NCBI GenBank assembly: GCA_043782755.1
Contig: JAYWAC010000199.1
Location: 8,704 to 72,703 of the forward strand
Origin: Pseudomonadota bacterium
GTDB taxonomy: Bacteria; Pseudomonadota; Gammaproteobacteria; Ga0077536
Length of the DNA: 64,000 bases
Direction: 5' to 3'
Positions within the stretch are counted from its first letter, which is position 1. Every line of letters starts with the position of its first letter. Made by a program: the position numbers and the translations under genes. The notes below the pieces were generated by a model. It was not told the origin of the DNA and did not search any database. It worked only from the letters and a program-made list of their open reading frames with translations. Of this stretch, positions 50,701-59,907 are shown piece after piece.

Positions 50701-53700
50701 CGCCGCCGAATTGTTGGTCACTACACTGCCCGCCACGCCATCGAGCTTGCTGACAGTCTGATCGAAACCAGCGAGGTTGAAGATCGCCCCCGATGCCGTG
50801 AGGTTGAGGCCGCTGCTGTTGGCGAGCACATCGGCGACACCCGCTTTCAGCGTGCCCTGGGCGACATTGGTCGCACCGCTATAGGTATTGGCGCCATTGC
50901 TCAGCACCAAGGTGCCGGCACCGCTCTTGGTCAGACTGCGCGCGCCACCGCTCTCGCCGATGGCGGTGTTGATGGTCAAGGTGCCGGCGCCACCGAGGGT
51001 CGCATTGTCGATCAGCGTCACGCTCACGCTGTTCGCTAGCGAAGATGTACCGGTGGCGGTCAGCGCGCCGACGCCACCGTTACCGCTGCCGCTCAAATTG
51101 ACGCTCTCGCTACTCGCCAGCGCGAGACCGTTGAGATCGAGTGTACCGCCGTTGGCGGTGGTCTGGCCGGCGGTGGTGCCAAGACTGGCAGCGGTACTGA
51201 TGCTGAGCGTGCCGCCGCTGATGCTGGTGGCGCCGGCGTAGGTACCACTCACCACCGACAGACTTTGCGCACCGCTGCCAGACTTGGTCAGCGACAAATC
51301 GTCGAGAGCGTTCTGCGTGATGTTGCCAGCGTAGCTACCGCCACCACCGCTGATGGTCAGCGTCGCGGCGCTGCCGCCGCCACCTGCGTCATTGGTCACC
51401 ACGCTGCCAGCCACGCCGTCGAGTTTGGTGAGAGCCTGGTTGAAGCCCGCCAAATTCAAACGCGCGCCCGACGCAACACTCACACCTGAACTGTTATCGA
51501 GCACGTTGCCCGCGCCTGCCGCAAGCGTGCCCTGGGCGATCGTGGTGCCACCGGCATAGCTGTTGTTGCCGCTCAGTACCAGCGTACCTGCGCCGACCTT
51601 GCTGAGATTGCCGCTACCGCCGATCACCGCGTTGATGGTCAAGGTGGCGGTCGTACCGATAGCGCCCGTGCCCGTCAAGACGATGGCATTGCCGGCCGCC
51701 ACCGCGTTGCTGCCGATCAAGGCACCGGCGCCGCCCGCGCCGCTGCCGGTCAGATTGATGGTCTCACTGCTGGCCAGCGCGAGGCCGCCGAGATCGAGCG
51801 TGCCGGTGCTGGCGGTGGTCTGGCCGCTGGCGTTGCCGAGACTGGCGGCGGTGTTGATCAACAGTGTGCCGCCACTGACCGTGGTGGCGCCGTCATAGCT
51901 GCCGGTCGCGACGGCGAGAGTCTGGGTGCCCGATCCGGATTTGGTGAGCGACAAGGTGTCGCTGCCGTTCTCGGTGATGTCGCCGGAGAAACTGCCGCCG
52001 CCGCCGGTGATGGTCAAGGTCGCCACATCAGCGATGTTGCCGGCGTTATTGGTCACCACCGTGCCGGCCGCACCGTCGAGTTTGCCGAGCAGTTGGTCGA
52101 AGCCGGCCAGATTGAAGGTCGCGCCCGCGCCGTTCAGGATCAGACCCGAGGTCGCACCGAGTACATTGTTCGCGCCGGCCTGCAGGGTGCCACCATTGAC
52201 GGTCGTCGCGCCGCTATAGGTGTTGCCGCTGCCCGACAGGATCTGGGTACCGGTGCCGGCCTTGGTGAAGGACAAGGTGTCGGTGACGGTCTGAGTGATA
52301 TTGCCGGCATAGTTGCCGCCATTGCCGGTGATGGTGAAGGTCGCGACGTCACCGACATTGCCGGCGTTGTTGGTGACGATGGCGCCCGCCACACCCGTCA
52401 CGGCGACGATGGACTGATCGAAACCGGCGAGATTGAAGGTCGCGCCTGATGTCGTGAGATTGAGTCCCGCGCTATTGGTCAGGATGTTGGCGGCGCCGGC
52501 GGCGAGCGTGCCACCCGACACCGTCGTCACACCGGTATAGCTATTGGTGCTAGCGAGCACCTGCGTGCCGGTGCCGGACTTGGTCAAGGACAAGACGTCG
52601 TCGGCCGATTCGGTGATATCACCCGCGAACGAACCGCCGCCGGCGGCGATGGTGAGCGTGGCGGCGGCATTGCTGGTACCGACCGCATCGTCATTGGTGA
52701 CGGTGCCGGTGCCCGACAGCGAAGCGATGGTCTGGTTAAAACCGTGCAGATTAAAAGTCGTACCGGCGGCGAGGGTCAGATTGGTCGAGGCCGCGAGTGC
52801 GTTGGCGAGACCGATGGCGAGTACACCCTGGCTCAAGTCCAAGCCACCAAGCGTGGTGGCAACGCCGAGCTGCAGGGTGCCGGGACCGGACTTGGTCAAG
52901 GTGCCGGCGCCCGAGATGCCGACCGTGGTAACCGCGAGCGTGCCGGCGGCCTGGGAAATATTGGCGGTGCCTGCGCTCGTCATGACCATACCGCCGGTGA
53001 CGGTCGTGGTGCCTACTGTCGAGTGCAGCAAGGTCGGGTTGTTGCCGCCACTGAAGGTGATGGCGTCAGCGATGGTGGTGCCGCCGGGTGTGGCGAGTTC
53101 AAGGGTCGCGCCGGCGTTGGCGGCATTGTTGATGACGATGCCGCCACTGCTGCTGCCGAGACTGGCGGCGGTGGTGACTTTGAGCGTGCCGCCGGTGACC
53201 GTGGTCGCGCCATCGTAGGTGCCCGTGCCGACCGACAACACCTGCGTACCGCTAGTCGATTTGGTGACAGACAAAGTATCGGTGCCGTTCTCGGTGATGT
53301 TACCGGCATAGCTGCCGCCGCCGCCGGTAATGGTCAGGGTCGCGACGTCGCCCGTGCTGCCGACATCGTTGGTCAACACTGCGCCCGCCACGCCGTCGAG
53401 CTTCACTATCGATTGGTCGAAGCCGGCGAGATTGAAAATCGCGCCCGCATTGCTGATGTTGAGTCCCGCGCTCTGCGCGAGCAGATTTGCGACGCCGGCT
53501 TTCAACACGCCGCCGCTGATGGTGGTGACGCCCGTAAAGGTATTACCACCGCCGGACAAGATCTGCGTGCCGGTGCCGGACTTGGTCAGCGAGAAAGTAT
53601 CCCCACCGACCTCCGTCAAGTTGCCGGCGAAACTGCCACCGCCGCCGGTGATATTGAGCGTCGCGCTGTCGGCCACCGCCACTGAGTTGTTGGTGACCGT

Positions 53701-56700
53701 GGTGCCCGCCACGCCATCGAGTTTGGCGATGGCCTGATCGAAACCGGCGAGATTCAAACTCGCGCCAGCAGTGCTCAAGTTCACACCCGCACTATTGTCG
53801 AGGACATCGGCCGCACCGGCCACCAAAGCGCCCTGAGCGATGATGGTCGCACCGCTATAGCTATTGGCGGCATTGGCCAGCACCAGGCTGCTGGTACCGG
53901 CCTTGGTGAGACTGCGTGCGCCGCCGCTTTCGCCGATGGCGGCATTCATGGTCAAGGTGCCCGCGCCACCGATGGTGGCATCGCCGCTCAAGTTCACGGT
54001 ATTGGTCGCCGCCAGCGAGACTGTGCCGGTGCTGGTCAAGGCGCCGACACCGCCGTTACCGGTGCCGCTCAAATTCAAGGTCTCGGTCGAAGCCAAGGCC
54101 ACGCCGTTCAAATTCAAAGTGCCACCGTTAGCGGTAGTCTGTCCGGTGGCGGTGCCGAGGCTCGCGCCGGTGCTGATCGATAAGGTGCCACCGCTGATGG
54201 TGGTCGCGCCGCCGTAGGTACCGTTCACCACGGCCAGACTCTGGGTGCCCGTGACCGACTTGGTGAACGACAAGGTATCGCTGCCGTTCTCGGTGATATC
54301 ACCGGCGTAAGCGCCGCCGCCAGCGGTGATGGTCAGGGTCGCGACATCGCCAGTATTGCCAACGTCATTGCTCACCACCGCGCCCGCCACGCCATCGAGT
54401 TTAGCGATGGACTGATCGAAGCCGGCCAGATTGAGCGTCGCGCCGCTGACCGACAGATTGACGCCCGTGCTGTTGTCCAGCACGTTGGTCGCGCCGGCGG
54501 CGAGCGTGCCTTCGTTCACCGTGGTCGAACCGCTATAGCTATTGTTGCCGATCAAAGTGACGAGACCGGCACCGGCCTTGGTCAAGGAGCGCACACCGCT
54601 TTCGCCGATAGCCGCGTTGATGGTGAACACGCCCACGCTGGAGATAGTGGCATCAGCGGTCAAGGTGATGGTGTTGCTCGCGGCGATCGATGACACACCG
54701 GTGCCGAGCAACGCGCTGCTGTTGCCGAGGCTGATGGCCTCGCTGCTGGCGAGATTGAGACTGCTGAGATTAAGCGTGCCGCCATTGACGAGCGTGCCGC
54801 CGACGGCGGTGCCGAGACTCGCGGCGGTGGTGATAGTGAGCTCGCCGCCGGTGACGCTGGTAACGCCATCATAGCTGCCGGTGCCGACCGACAAGGTCAA
54901 CACGCCACCAGTGGATTTGGTCAGCGACAAGGTGTCGGTGCCGTTCTCGGTGATATCACCGGCGTAGGTGCCACCACCGGTAACGGTGAGCGTGGCGCTA
55001 TTGGCGGTGTTGCCGGCGTCATTGGTGACGACGCTGCCCGCCACGCCGTCAAGTGCATCGACGGTCTGATCGAAACCGGCCAGATTGAAAGTCGCGCCGG
55101 CGGCCGTGAGGTTGAGATCGCCTGGACCAAGTACATTGTTCGCACCGGCCTGCAAAGTACCGCCACTGACGATGGTGTTACCGGTGTAGGTACTGCCGCC
55201 ACCGGACAAAATCTGCGTGCCGGTGCCGGACTTGGTGAGCGTCAAGATATCGCTGCCGTTCTGCGTCAGGTTACCCGCGAAGCTGCCGCCGCCAGCGGTG
55301 ATGGTCAAGGTCGCGACATCGGCACTGGCGCCAGCATCGTTGATGACGACCGTGCCGGTCACGCCATCGAGTTTCTTCAAGCTTTGATCAAAACCCGCGA
55401 GATTGAATCGCGCACCCGACACCGAGAGATTGAGTCCACTGCTGTTATCGAGCACATCGGCCGCGCCCGCTGCGAGCGTGCCGGCGCTGACCGTCGTCGC
55501 GCCGGTGTAGGTGTTGTTGCCCGCCAGGATCAGACTGCCCGCGCCGATCTTGGTGAGCGCGCGCGGACTACCGCTTTCGCTGATCACCGCGCCTATCGTC
55601 AGCGTGCCCGCGCCGCCGATCGACGTATCGCCATCCAGCACCACGCTATTGCCGCTGTCGATCGAGGCCGTGCCGGTTTCGCTCAATGCGCCGATGCCCG
55701 CGTTGCCAGTGCCGCCCAAATGAATGGTCTCGCTGCCGCTCAAGGAAACGCCATTCAATTCCAAGGTGCCGCCATTGGCGGTGGTCGCACCAGTATTCGA
55801 ACCGAGACTCGCGGCGGTGATGATGCTGAGGGTGCCGCCGATGATGGTGGTAGTGCCGTCGTAGCTACCCGTCGCCACCGACAGACTCTGAGTGCCGGTG
55901 CCCGACTTGAGCAGTGACAGGGTATCGCTGCCGTTCTCGGTGATGTCACCGGCATAGCTGCCGCCGCCGCCGGTGATGGTGAGCGTGGCCGTATCGGCGC
56001 TCGCGCCCGCGTCATTGGTGACCACCGCACCCGCCGCGCCATCGAGTTTGGCAATCGATTGATCGAAGCCCGCCAGATTGAATACGCCGCTCGCACCCAT
56101 GTCGAGACCCGTGCCATTGGTCAGCACGTTCGCGATGCCCGCTTGCAAGCGACCAGCGCTGACATGGGTCAGGCCGTTGTAGTTCTGCGCGGCGGTCATG
56201 ACCAAGCTACCGGCACCGATCTTGGTCAAGGACAAACTGGCCGCGCCATCGCTGAGTGCACCGACCTCCAACACGCCGCCGGCGTTCGCCACGTCGATCG
56301 TGGTGTCGTCGGTGGCACCGACGTTGGTCAAGGTTATAGTCCCCGACAAGGTCAGGGTATTGGCAGTCGAATGTCGCAGCGCGGCCGAGCCACCGCCATT
56401 GCCTTCGATGCTGAGGTTTTCAGCGATGGTGGCGTCCGCACCCAAGGCAAATTCGAGCTGTGCGTCGTTGGCCACCGTGGTGCCGCCCAGCGCGTCGCCG
56501 AGACCGCCCGCATCGGTGACCTTGAGCAGGCCGGCGTTGACCGTAATGGTGCCCGCCGCGCCGATGAAGTCGGCGGAATTGTCTGCCGCCAGGACCAGGG
56601 TGCCGCTGCCGGTCTTGGTCAGCGCGCGCGTGCCGCCGTTATCGATCGTGGTCAAGAGCGTGAGTGTGCCGCTGCCACCGATGGTGGCATTGCCGCTCAT

Positions 56701-59655
56701 GGTCAACACATTACTGGCACCAATCGAGGACGTACCGGTCGCGGTCAGGGCACCGACATTGCTGATACCACTGCCCTTGATATCGATGGCTTCGGTGCTG
56801 GCCAGCACCAGGTTGTTCAAGTTCAAGGTGCCGGTAGCGGACACCACCGTGTCATCGGTCGCGTCACCGAGGCTGTTGGCAGTGGTGATGGTGAGCGTGC
56901 CGTCATTGACGGTCAGCAAACCTGCGTAGGTGGTTGCGCCGATACTGAAAGTCTGCGACCCGCTGCCGGTCTTCACGATCGAGATATCGTCGGCGGTGTT
57001 ATCGAAGACGGTGCCACTGAAAGTCTGAGCATTGCCGCCATTGATGGTCAGCGTGACAGGGTTGGCGCCGGGGTCGTCATTGCTGACCACACCGCTGCCC
57101 GCCAGACCGGTCACAGTCTGATTGGTAGTCTCCATCTCGAAGCGCGCGGTCGCGCCGCTGATATTCAAGATGCTATTAGCGAATACGTTGTCGACGCCGG
57201 CGACGATGCTGCCGGCACTCAAGGTGGTGGTACCGGAATAAGTGCTGGAGTTGTTCAGAGTCAGCAGGCCGCTGCCGAGTTTGTCGAAGCCGAAAGTCGC
57301 GCCGCTGATCACACCATTCAGTATCAACTCGGTGCCCGGCACGTCGATGTGGCTGTTGGCGGTCAGCGCGATATTGCCGTCGAAACTGGCAGAACCCGTA
57401 CCGCGCAAGGTGCCGCCGGCCAAGGTCAAGGCTTCGGCGCCGACACTGACGTTGTCGAGATCGAGCGTGCCCGTGCCACTGACGGTGGTGCCGCCATTGG
57501 TGGTACCGAGACCATCGGCATTGGTGACATGCAATACACCGGCGCTGACGGAAGTCGCACCGATATAGCCATTGGCCTCGCTGAGCGTCAGCGTGCCGTC
57601 GCCAATCTTGCTCAAGGCAGTTGAACCGACGATCAATTTACCTGCCACCTGGGTGGCGGTGCCGGCGCGGATATCGGCGCTGAAGGTCGCGCCACCCGTG
57701 GTGATCTCACCGAAAGAGCCACCCGTACCGGAGATCAGCGTGACGGACCCGGTAGTCGCGCCGCCGATATTGGTTTTCACGCCACCGGCAGTCAGCGTGC
57801 CGGACGCGGCGCTGAAGGTCACCGCGCCGCCCTTGGTCTCGATGATGTCGTTCTGATCGGCGAACACCACGTTGCCGCCGGTCGAGCGTAGGGTCAGGCT
57901 GCCGGTGGTGAGATCGAGATGAACCGCGTTGTTGGTGGTGACTGCGCTGGACGAGGCGCCCGTCACATCATTGACCGTGAGCAGGCCCGTCGCTTCGAGA
58001 ATGATGTTGGTGGTGACAGCGAGGCTGTCGACCTTGCCCCAGCTTATGGTGTTGGGCGCGGCGTCGGCTTCGCCCGCAGCCAGATTCGCGTCGACATTGG
58101 AGATAGTGCCGTCCAGAGAACCGCCGTTATTGGCGTCGATGATGGTGAGGGTCGACGGATCGAGCAACAGTGTGCCGGGCGCACCGCGCGCTGCACTGGT
58201 ATCGACCTCACCGGCGAAAGTCAGATCCTGTTTGCCCGACACTTCCACCATCCCACCATCGCCACCGCGCTTGCCGCCCTGCGCGGAAATCTTGCCATGA
58301 AAGCGCGTGCTGTCGTCGGACCAGACCACGACCTTGCCGCCGTCGCCGGTGCCGGTGGCGTCGGCCTTGAGAGTGGCCGCGCTGCCGACGAAGACTTGTT
58401 TAGCGTTGGTGATACTCGAATTCGCACCGTGCAGGTCGCCGCCGAGCAGCGCTTCGCCACCGCCCTTGTGACCGGAGACATTTAGCGCGGCATCGAAATT
58501 GAAAGCGAGCTGTTCGGCTGTCGCCTTGACGCGACCGCCGGTGGCGCGCGTGCTGGTCGCCGAGACCTGACTGCCTTGATTGAAGTCCAGCTTGGTGCGG
58601 GCTGCGACATCAATGCTGCCGCCATCACCGCCGCGCGCGTCGGCGGCGAGCGTGCCGCGATTTTCGATTTCATTGCCACGGATGGCGATCTGCCCACCCT
58701 TGTCCGTGGCGGTTGCGGCCGAGGCGTCGATGGTGCCGGTGTTCAACACCGACGCGCCGGATCCTGTACCGACCAGCAGAATCTTGCCGCCGCTCTTCTC
58801 GATGCGGCCAGCCTTGAGCACGCCGGCATTGTTGATGGCCTTGTCGAACACGCCGGCCGCTGCGCTCGCCGTGATCAGAATCTGGCCACCGTCGGCATTG
58901 ATCTGACCACTGTTGGCGACCTGGTCTGCAAGCTTGGCGGCGTTGTCGATGACCGCCTTGTCGACTTTGAAACGCAACAGCCCATCGCCATCGAAATCGA
59001 CCGTGGCCTGTTCACCCGCCAGCAGATTGACGCGGCCGGCGGTGGCCATGATTACGCCTTCGTTGGCGACGGATTTGCCGATCAGCGCGACATCGCCGCC
59101 CTTATCGGCTGTGATGCTGCCCTGATTGACGACGCGACCATCACCGCCGTCCTGCGCGCTCAGCTGGTAGCGACCACTCATGAACTCATCGATGCCGACG
59201 TGCATCGCGCCCGCAATCAAGCCGCCGACGTTCACTTCCGCGCCGGGCCGGAAGAACACGCCATTGGGATTCATCAACACGACTTGGCCATTGGCCTTGA
59301 TCTGGCCAAATATCTCGCTCGGCTTCTGATCGAAAATGCGGTTTAGCGCGCTGGACTTCGCGTTAGGTTGCTGGAAACGCACCTGCTCGCCCTTGGCAAC
59401 ATCGAAGCTCTGCCAGTCGATGGCGGTGCGCTGGCTGTGCTGGCTGATGGTGGTGACACGGTGGGCGGCGTCCTGACTGATGTTGGCGCGGCCGGCACGC
59501 ACCTGACCGCCGACCGGCGCAGCGGCGAGCGGCGCGCTGGCAAAGGTCGCGACGAGTCCGGGCAGAAGCGCGAGCTGCACTGAACGGGCGAGCCGCGTGA
59601 GACGGAATGGCGACCGTGCCGCAGCGCCGTCGGCGATGTGATTACGCATATTCAT
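44764..59655 (-). CDS. Giant two-partner-secretion exoprotein (TpsA / filamentous-haemagglutinin-family adhesin), about 4960 aa
   Basis: AAGGAG RBS 7 nt before the ATG at 59655. N-terminal extended signal region; TPS domain with NPNGV motif (QVVLMNPNGVFFRPGAEVNVGG). About 24 tandem PATR repeats (L.K.G.GTLTLSG.N.YTG.TTV..GTL). RTX-like GGxGxD nonapeptides (GGAGNDTLA, GGSGADSVT, GENGNDTVL). C-terminal coiled coil and Pro/Glu-rich region. Confidence 0.9.
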   Translation of the reverse strand: MNMRNHIADGAAARSPFRLTRLARSVQLALLPGLVATFASAPLAAAPVGGQVRAGRANISQDAAHRVTTISQHSQRTAIDWQSFDVAKGEQVRFQQPNAKSSALNRIFDQKPSEIFGQIKANGQVVLMNPNGVFFRPGAEVNVGGLIAGAMHVGIDEFMSGRYQLSAQDGGDGRVVNQGSITADKGGDVALIGKSVANEGVIMATAGRVNLLAGEQATVDFDGDGLLRFKVDKAVIDNAAKLADQVANSGQINADGGQILITASAAAGVFDKAINNAGVLKAGRIEKSGGKILLVGTGSGASVLNTGTIDASAATATDKGGQIAIRGNEIENRGTLAADARGGDGGSIDVAARTKLDFNQGSQVSATSTRATGGRVKATAEQLAFNFDAALNVSGHKGGGEALLGGDLHGANSSITNAKQVFVGSAATLKADATGTGDGGKVVVWSDDSTRFHGKISAQGGKRGGDGGMVEVSGKQDLTFAGEVDTSAARGAPGTLLLDPSTLTIIDANNGGSLDGTISNVDANLAAGEADAAPNTISWGKVDSLAVTTNIILEATGLLTVNDVTGASSSAVTTNNAVHLDLTTGSLTLRSTGGNVVFADQNDIIETKGGAVTFSAASGTLTAGGVKTNIGGATTGSVTLISGTGGSFGEITTGGATFSADIRAGTATQVAGKLIVGSTALSKIGDGTLTLSEANGYIGATSVSAGVLHVTNADGLGTTNGGTTVSGTGTLDLDNVSVGAEALTLAGGTLRGTGSASFDGNIALTANSHIDVPGTELILNGVISGATFGFDKLGSGLLTLNNSSTYSGTTTLSAGSIVAGVDNVFANSILNISGATARFEMETTNQTVTGLAGSGVVSNDDPGANPVTLTINGGNAQTFSGTVFDNTADDISIVKTGSGSQTFSIGATTYAGLLTVNDGTLTITTANSLGDATDDTVVSATGTLNLNNLVLASTEAIDIKGSGISNVGALTATGTSSIGASNVLTMSGNATIGGSGTLTLLTTIDNGGTRALTKTGSGTLVLAADNSADFIGAAGTITVNAGLLKVTDAGGLGDALGGTTVANDAQLEFALGADATIAENLSIEGNGGGSAALRHSTANTLTLSGTITLTNVGATDDTTIDVANAGGVLEVGALSDGAASLSLTKIGAGSLVMTAAQNYNGLTHVSAGRLQAGIANVLTNGTGLDMGASGVFNLAGFDQSIAKLDGAAGAVVTNDAGASADTATLTITGGGGSYAGDITENGSDTLSLLKSGTGTQSLSVATGSYDGTTTIIGGTLSIITAASLGSNTGATTANGGTLELNGVSLSGSETIHLGGTGNAGIGALSETGTASIDSGNSVVLDGDTSIGGAGTLTIGAVISESGSPRALTKIGAGSLILAGNNTYTGATTVSAGTLAAGAADVLDNSSGLNLSVSGARFNLAGFDQSLKKLDGVTGTVVINDAGASADVATLTITAGGGSFAGNLTQNGSDILTLTKSGTGTQILSGGGSTYTGNTIVSGGTLQAGANNVLGPGDLNLTAAGATFNLAGFDQTVDALDGVAGSVVTNDAGNTANSATLTVTGGGTYAGDITENGTDTLSLTKSTGGVLTLSVGTGSYDGVTSVTGGELTITTAASLGTAVGGTLVNGGTLNLSSLNLASSEAISLGNSSALLGTGVSSIAASNTITLTADATISSVGVFTINAAIGESGVRSLTKAGAGLVTLIGNNSYSGSTTVNEGTLAAGATNVLDNSTGVNLSVSGATLNLAGFDQSIAKLDGVAGAVVSNDVGNTGDVATLTITAGGGAYAGDITENGSDTLSFTKSVTGTQSLAVVNGTYGGATTISGGTLSISTGASLGTATGQTTANGGTLNLNGVALASTETLNLSGTGNGGVGALTSTGTVSLAATNTVNLSGDATIGGAGTLTMNAAIGESGGARSLTKAGTSSLVLANAANSYSGATIIAQGALVAGAADVLDNSAGVNLSTAGASLNLAGFDQAIAKLDGVAGTTVTNNSVAVADSATLNITGGGGSFAGNLTEVGGDTFSLTKSGTGTQILSGGGNTFTGVTTISGGVLKAGVANLLAQSAGLNISNAGAIFNLAGFDQSIVKLDGVAGAVLTNDVGSTGDVATLTITGGGGSYAGNITENGTDTLSVTKSTSGTQVLSVGTGTYDGATTVTGGTLKVTTAASLGSSSGGIVINNAANAGATLELATPGGTTIADAITFSGGNNPTLLHSTVGTTTVTGGMVMTSAGTANISQAAGTLAVTTVGISGAGTLTKSGPGTLQLGVATTLGGLDLSQGVLAIGLANALAASTNLTLAAGTTFNLHGFNQTIASLSGTGTVTNDDAVGTSNAAATLTIAAGGGSFAGDITESADDVLSLTKSGTGTQVLASTNSYTGVTTVSGGTLAAGAANILTNSAGLNLTTSGATFNLAGFDQSIVAVTGVAGAIVTNNAGNVGDVATFTITGNGGNYAGNITQTVTDTLSFTKAGTGTQILSGSGNTYSGATTVNGGTLQAGANNVLGATSGLILNGAGATFNLAGFDQLLGKLDGAAGTVVTNNAGNIADVATLTITGGGGSFSGDITENGSDTLSLTKSGSGTQTLAVATGSYDGATTVSGGTLLINTAASLGNASGQTTASTGTLDLGGLALASSETINLTGSGAGGAGALIGSNAVAAGNAIVLTGTGAIGTTATLTINAVIGGSGNLSKVGAGTLVLSGNNSYAGGTTIAQGTLAAGAGNVLDNSSGVSVASGARLNLAGFNQALTKLDGVAGSVVTNDAGGGGSAATLTISGGGGSYAGNITQNALDDLSLTKSGSGAQSLSVVSGTYAGATSISGGTLSISTAASLGTTAGQTTANGGTLDLNGLALASSESVNLSGSGNGGVGALTATGTSSLANSVSVTLIDNATLGGAGTLTINTAIGESGGARSLTKSGAGTLVLSNGANTYSGATNVAQGTLKAGVADVLANSSGLNLTASGAIFNLAGFDQTVSKLDGVAGSVVTNNSAAVADTASLDISGGGGSYAGDITEVGGDTLSLSKSGSGTQTLTVGTGSYNGVTLISGGTLRAASTASLGSATGSTTVNGGTLEVAFTGTSNEDLSLNGNGDGGSGALKASNTGTLSGAVNLATAATINVDDGAAGNIDFTISGTISGGAGNTLSKIGPDTLVLSGNNSYAGDTQINAGVLKLGAAGGVGNAGAITIAVGATFDINDQNATIGSLGGGSGTLDLGLGSLAAADDLDLSGITVVVAASGSANQTLRAGTDGSGSLTIDSLSKASNGNLTLVSPTFIHISGDVAVNDGNLSINNAFELAGDLTASGNITLAGVGTLDGAVAQTLDAQGGTLSTVGLTKTAGAAGNLILAGSTAITATGDIDVQSAGDDLIIADNITTNSDLSAARNVIFQGAGTSTFNGAGAQTITAGSGAIRDTAGAVLAKSGGANLILDAGSTLGVSRVNALGVALTGGSALEATSGGDVFVTSAVSLTVENLDTGAGADSVDIRTTGASAALTLAGPYTDVATDNFTLVAARDLNFTSNTLTVSSLDASFGQSGTASNFNIDEIVSATAPGGFTIVGGASSGDRIDASGLGVDLDFISTALNAGSIGNGLVVDSFTAVETVIGGAGNDTLAGNNTYTVTGANSGTASGLSGTWSGIENLTGNAGANTFNLATGGSLSGTIDGLGGHDTLSYGTRATAVTIDLANLTATDIGNFANIETLVGGSGSGDRLIGTDNDSNWTVTGANAGTIDDTSVGAPSSVEFDFSGFEQLQGGSGADSVTIAVAGSVSGNVDGGAGLDTFTYQTRGTAVTVNLQSGSAADGSSTFANFSGFESFIGSAATNDKLVGRNQQSAWDLTGSGAGTIDDTPNGAPDGTPEFTFTDFENLQGGSAVDTFTAATGGALSFGQLAGGAGNDVFIIIANGGSNTTLTANILGENGNDTVLFGAHETSPPTNPSSGEFSRLIGSINLGTGVDTLDYSGSDLVLVNAVTDNDSGSGQAGTVRDATISSPPDLPLISGTYFDVDGVIGNGTQLQGADIDTVWIITGNGRGRYGNTFATATTTFENFSIRGGNKRDIFIFKEEGSSNITPQLFVGIDGGDFVAGTASTHNFMLGSSGADQFTVTGANALTVTITGSSGAATTSAININHIGDAGLSLTTGFSETGGDAVTLQAGTTWAGNILTNGGNDTVTFGAGARVAGSLNLGAGNDLVDVSAYTSAITARISSATNAGMNATSSTFAGDFSGVETLTLGSGNDAVTLTGAPSGTTNTINMGAGAKDELKSLVDATWILSSDGAGVLRGVPGAASDQLAFSGVDALTTSGNGVLSVPGAPASVVGTVTASSLSFAQSNVDVGNLGLRVVGDINNNAPLTLTATGSGDITVRGNVTVNGAFGSNVAGGKATFDNVVTNGADQSYDGDTLLRGNITARDVRFGANAELQGAVTGRNLNFNGATILGVDVSAQDLHFNGPLTIKNTVKLASSSNIFDFNDQVLADVGVTLSIVPTANTDMFIDLVDGPGHIAADKFGNFKGTLAIGGQFAAAPGGDVLKGTVLSAPADYITVSESLLTGGNLLLIGSTVDFSKGNNITVGAGAPGDGTIVVMALGDKVQAGNDGLPGGVKLGNISAPTSGNTVTFTGGRVMLAATNEVQNSTNMIMNLAGGEVLVAQGARATKTRIDFNVRSRAQASTTNVTATALIGSLTALGAPANLLQNTRASFPNPAAILTILQAVAFVDSSLFEEDLTLFGVMGDGIAKSLDQCEDAEGCAPSVTEEQLATLIDGLDQRIAAIEKSMASGATPKDKGEALLSQYRAELASYRDYQTQLHAYLEKQKKNDVGGDEFQDVIEAEEKPDTGAQPPAAAAGKDSKAAPAADLPSLEEGSEDLFAPLEEAPATPPVKAAPEPPPADVDEGFETLEQSPAPAARPTTKPTAPPAKKDAAPADDFDELEELPDTELLNEVLAPSAVNQLAGLVRLDAEGAVIWSGDVILPTLHRRY
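50050..57625 (-). repeat. Tandem array of about 24 autotransporter-associated beta-strand (PATR) repeat units, about 105 aa / 315 nt each, inside tpsA
   Basis: Recurrent protein motif ...TKSGTGTQ.LSG.N.YTG.TTV.GGTL.AGA.NVL...GLNL...GA.FNLAGFDQS..KLDG.AG.VVTNDAG...D.ATLTITGGGGS.AG.ITENG.DTLS. The similar periodic shadow ORFs on the + strand (for example 50888, 51563, 53864, 54542) show the DNA-level periodicity. Confidence 0.7.
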
Positions 59656-59907
59656 GCGGTCGCTCCTTCCTCGGCATTCGAGATCGATCGAATGTCCGTG
59701 GCCCATGATGGTGTGCGGGCCGTGTTGTAGTGTGATTCAAGCGCCGCACATCGGCGGGCGGCTGAGAAACTGCCGCGCTTAACATAGTGCGCGCCCCAGC
59801 TACGCGAAACCGTTACATATTCCCGCATACCCGCCGACGGCGGTGTGCAGGCCTTGCGCACCTTACCGTCACGTCCTCCGGTCTGACGCCGCACACCCGT
59901 TCCTCGC

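Noticed and set aside
44764-59706. Dozens of 60-520-aa ORFs on the + strand opposite the giant tpsA gene (for example 48679..50028, 56059..57624, 45488..46075, and serial 50888, 51563, 53864, 54542)
   Set aside because: Low-complexity Ala/Pro/Val/Arg-rich translations with serial self-similarity. They are artefacts of the high GC content and the periodic PATR-repeat DNA on the coding (minus) strand.
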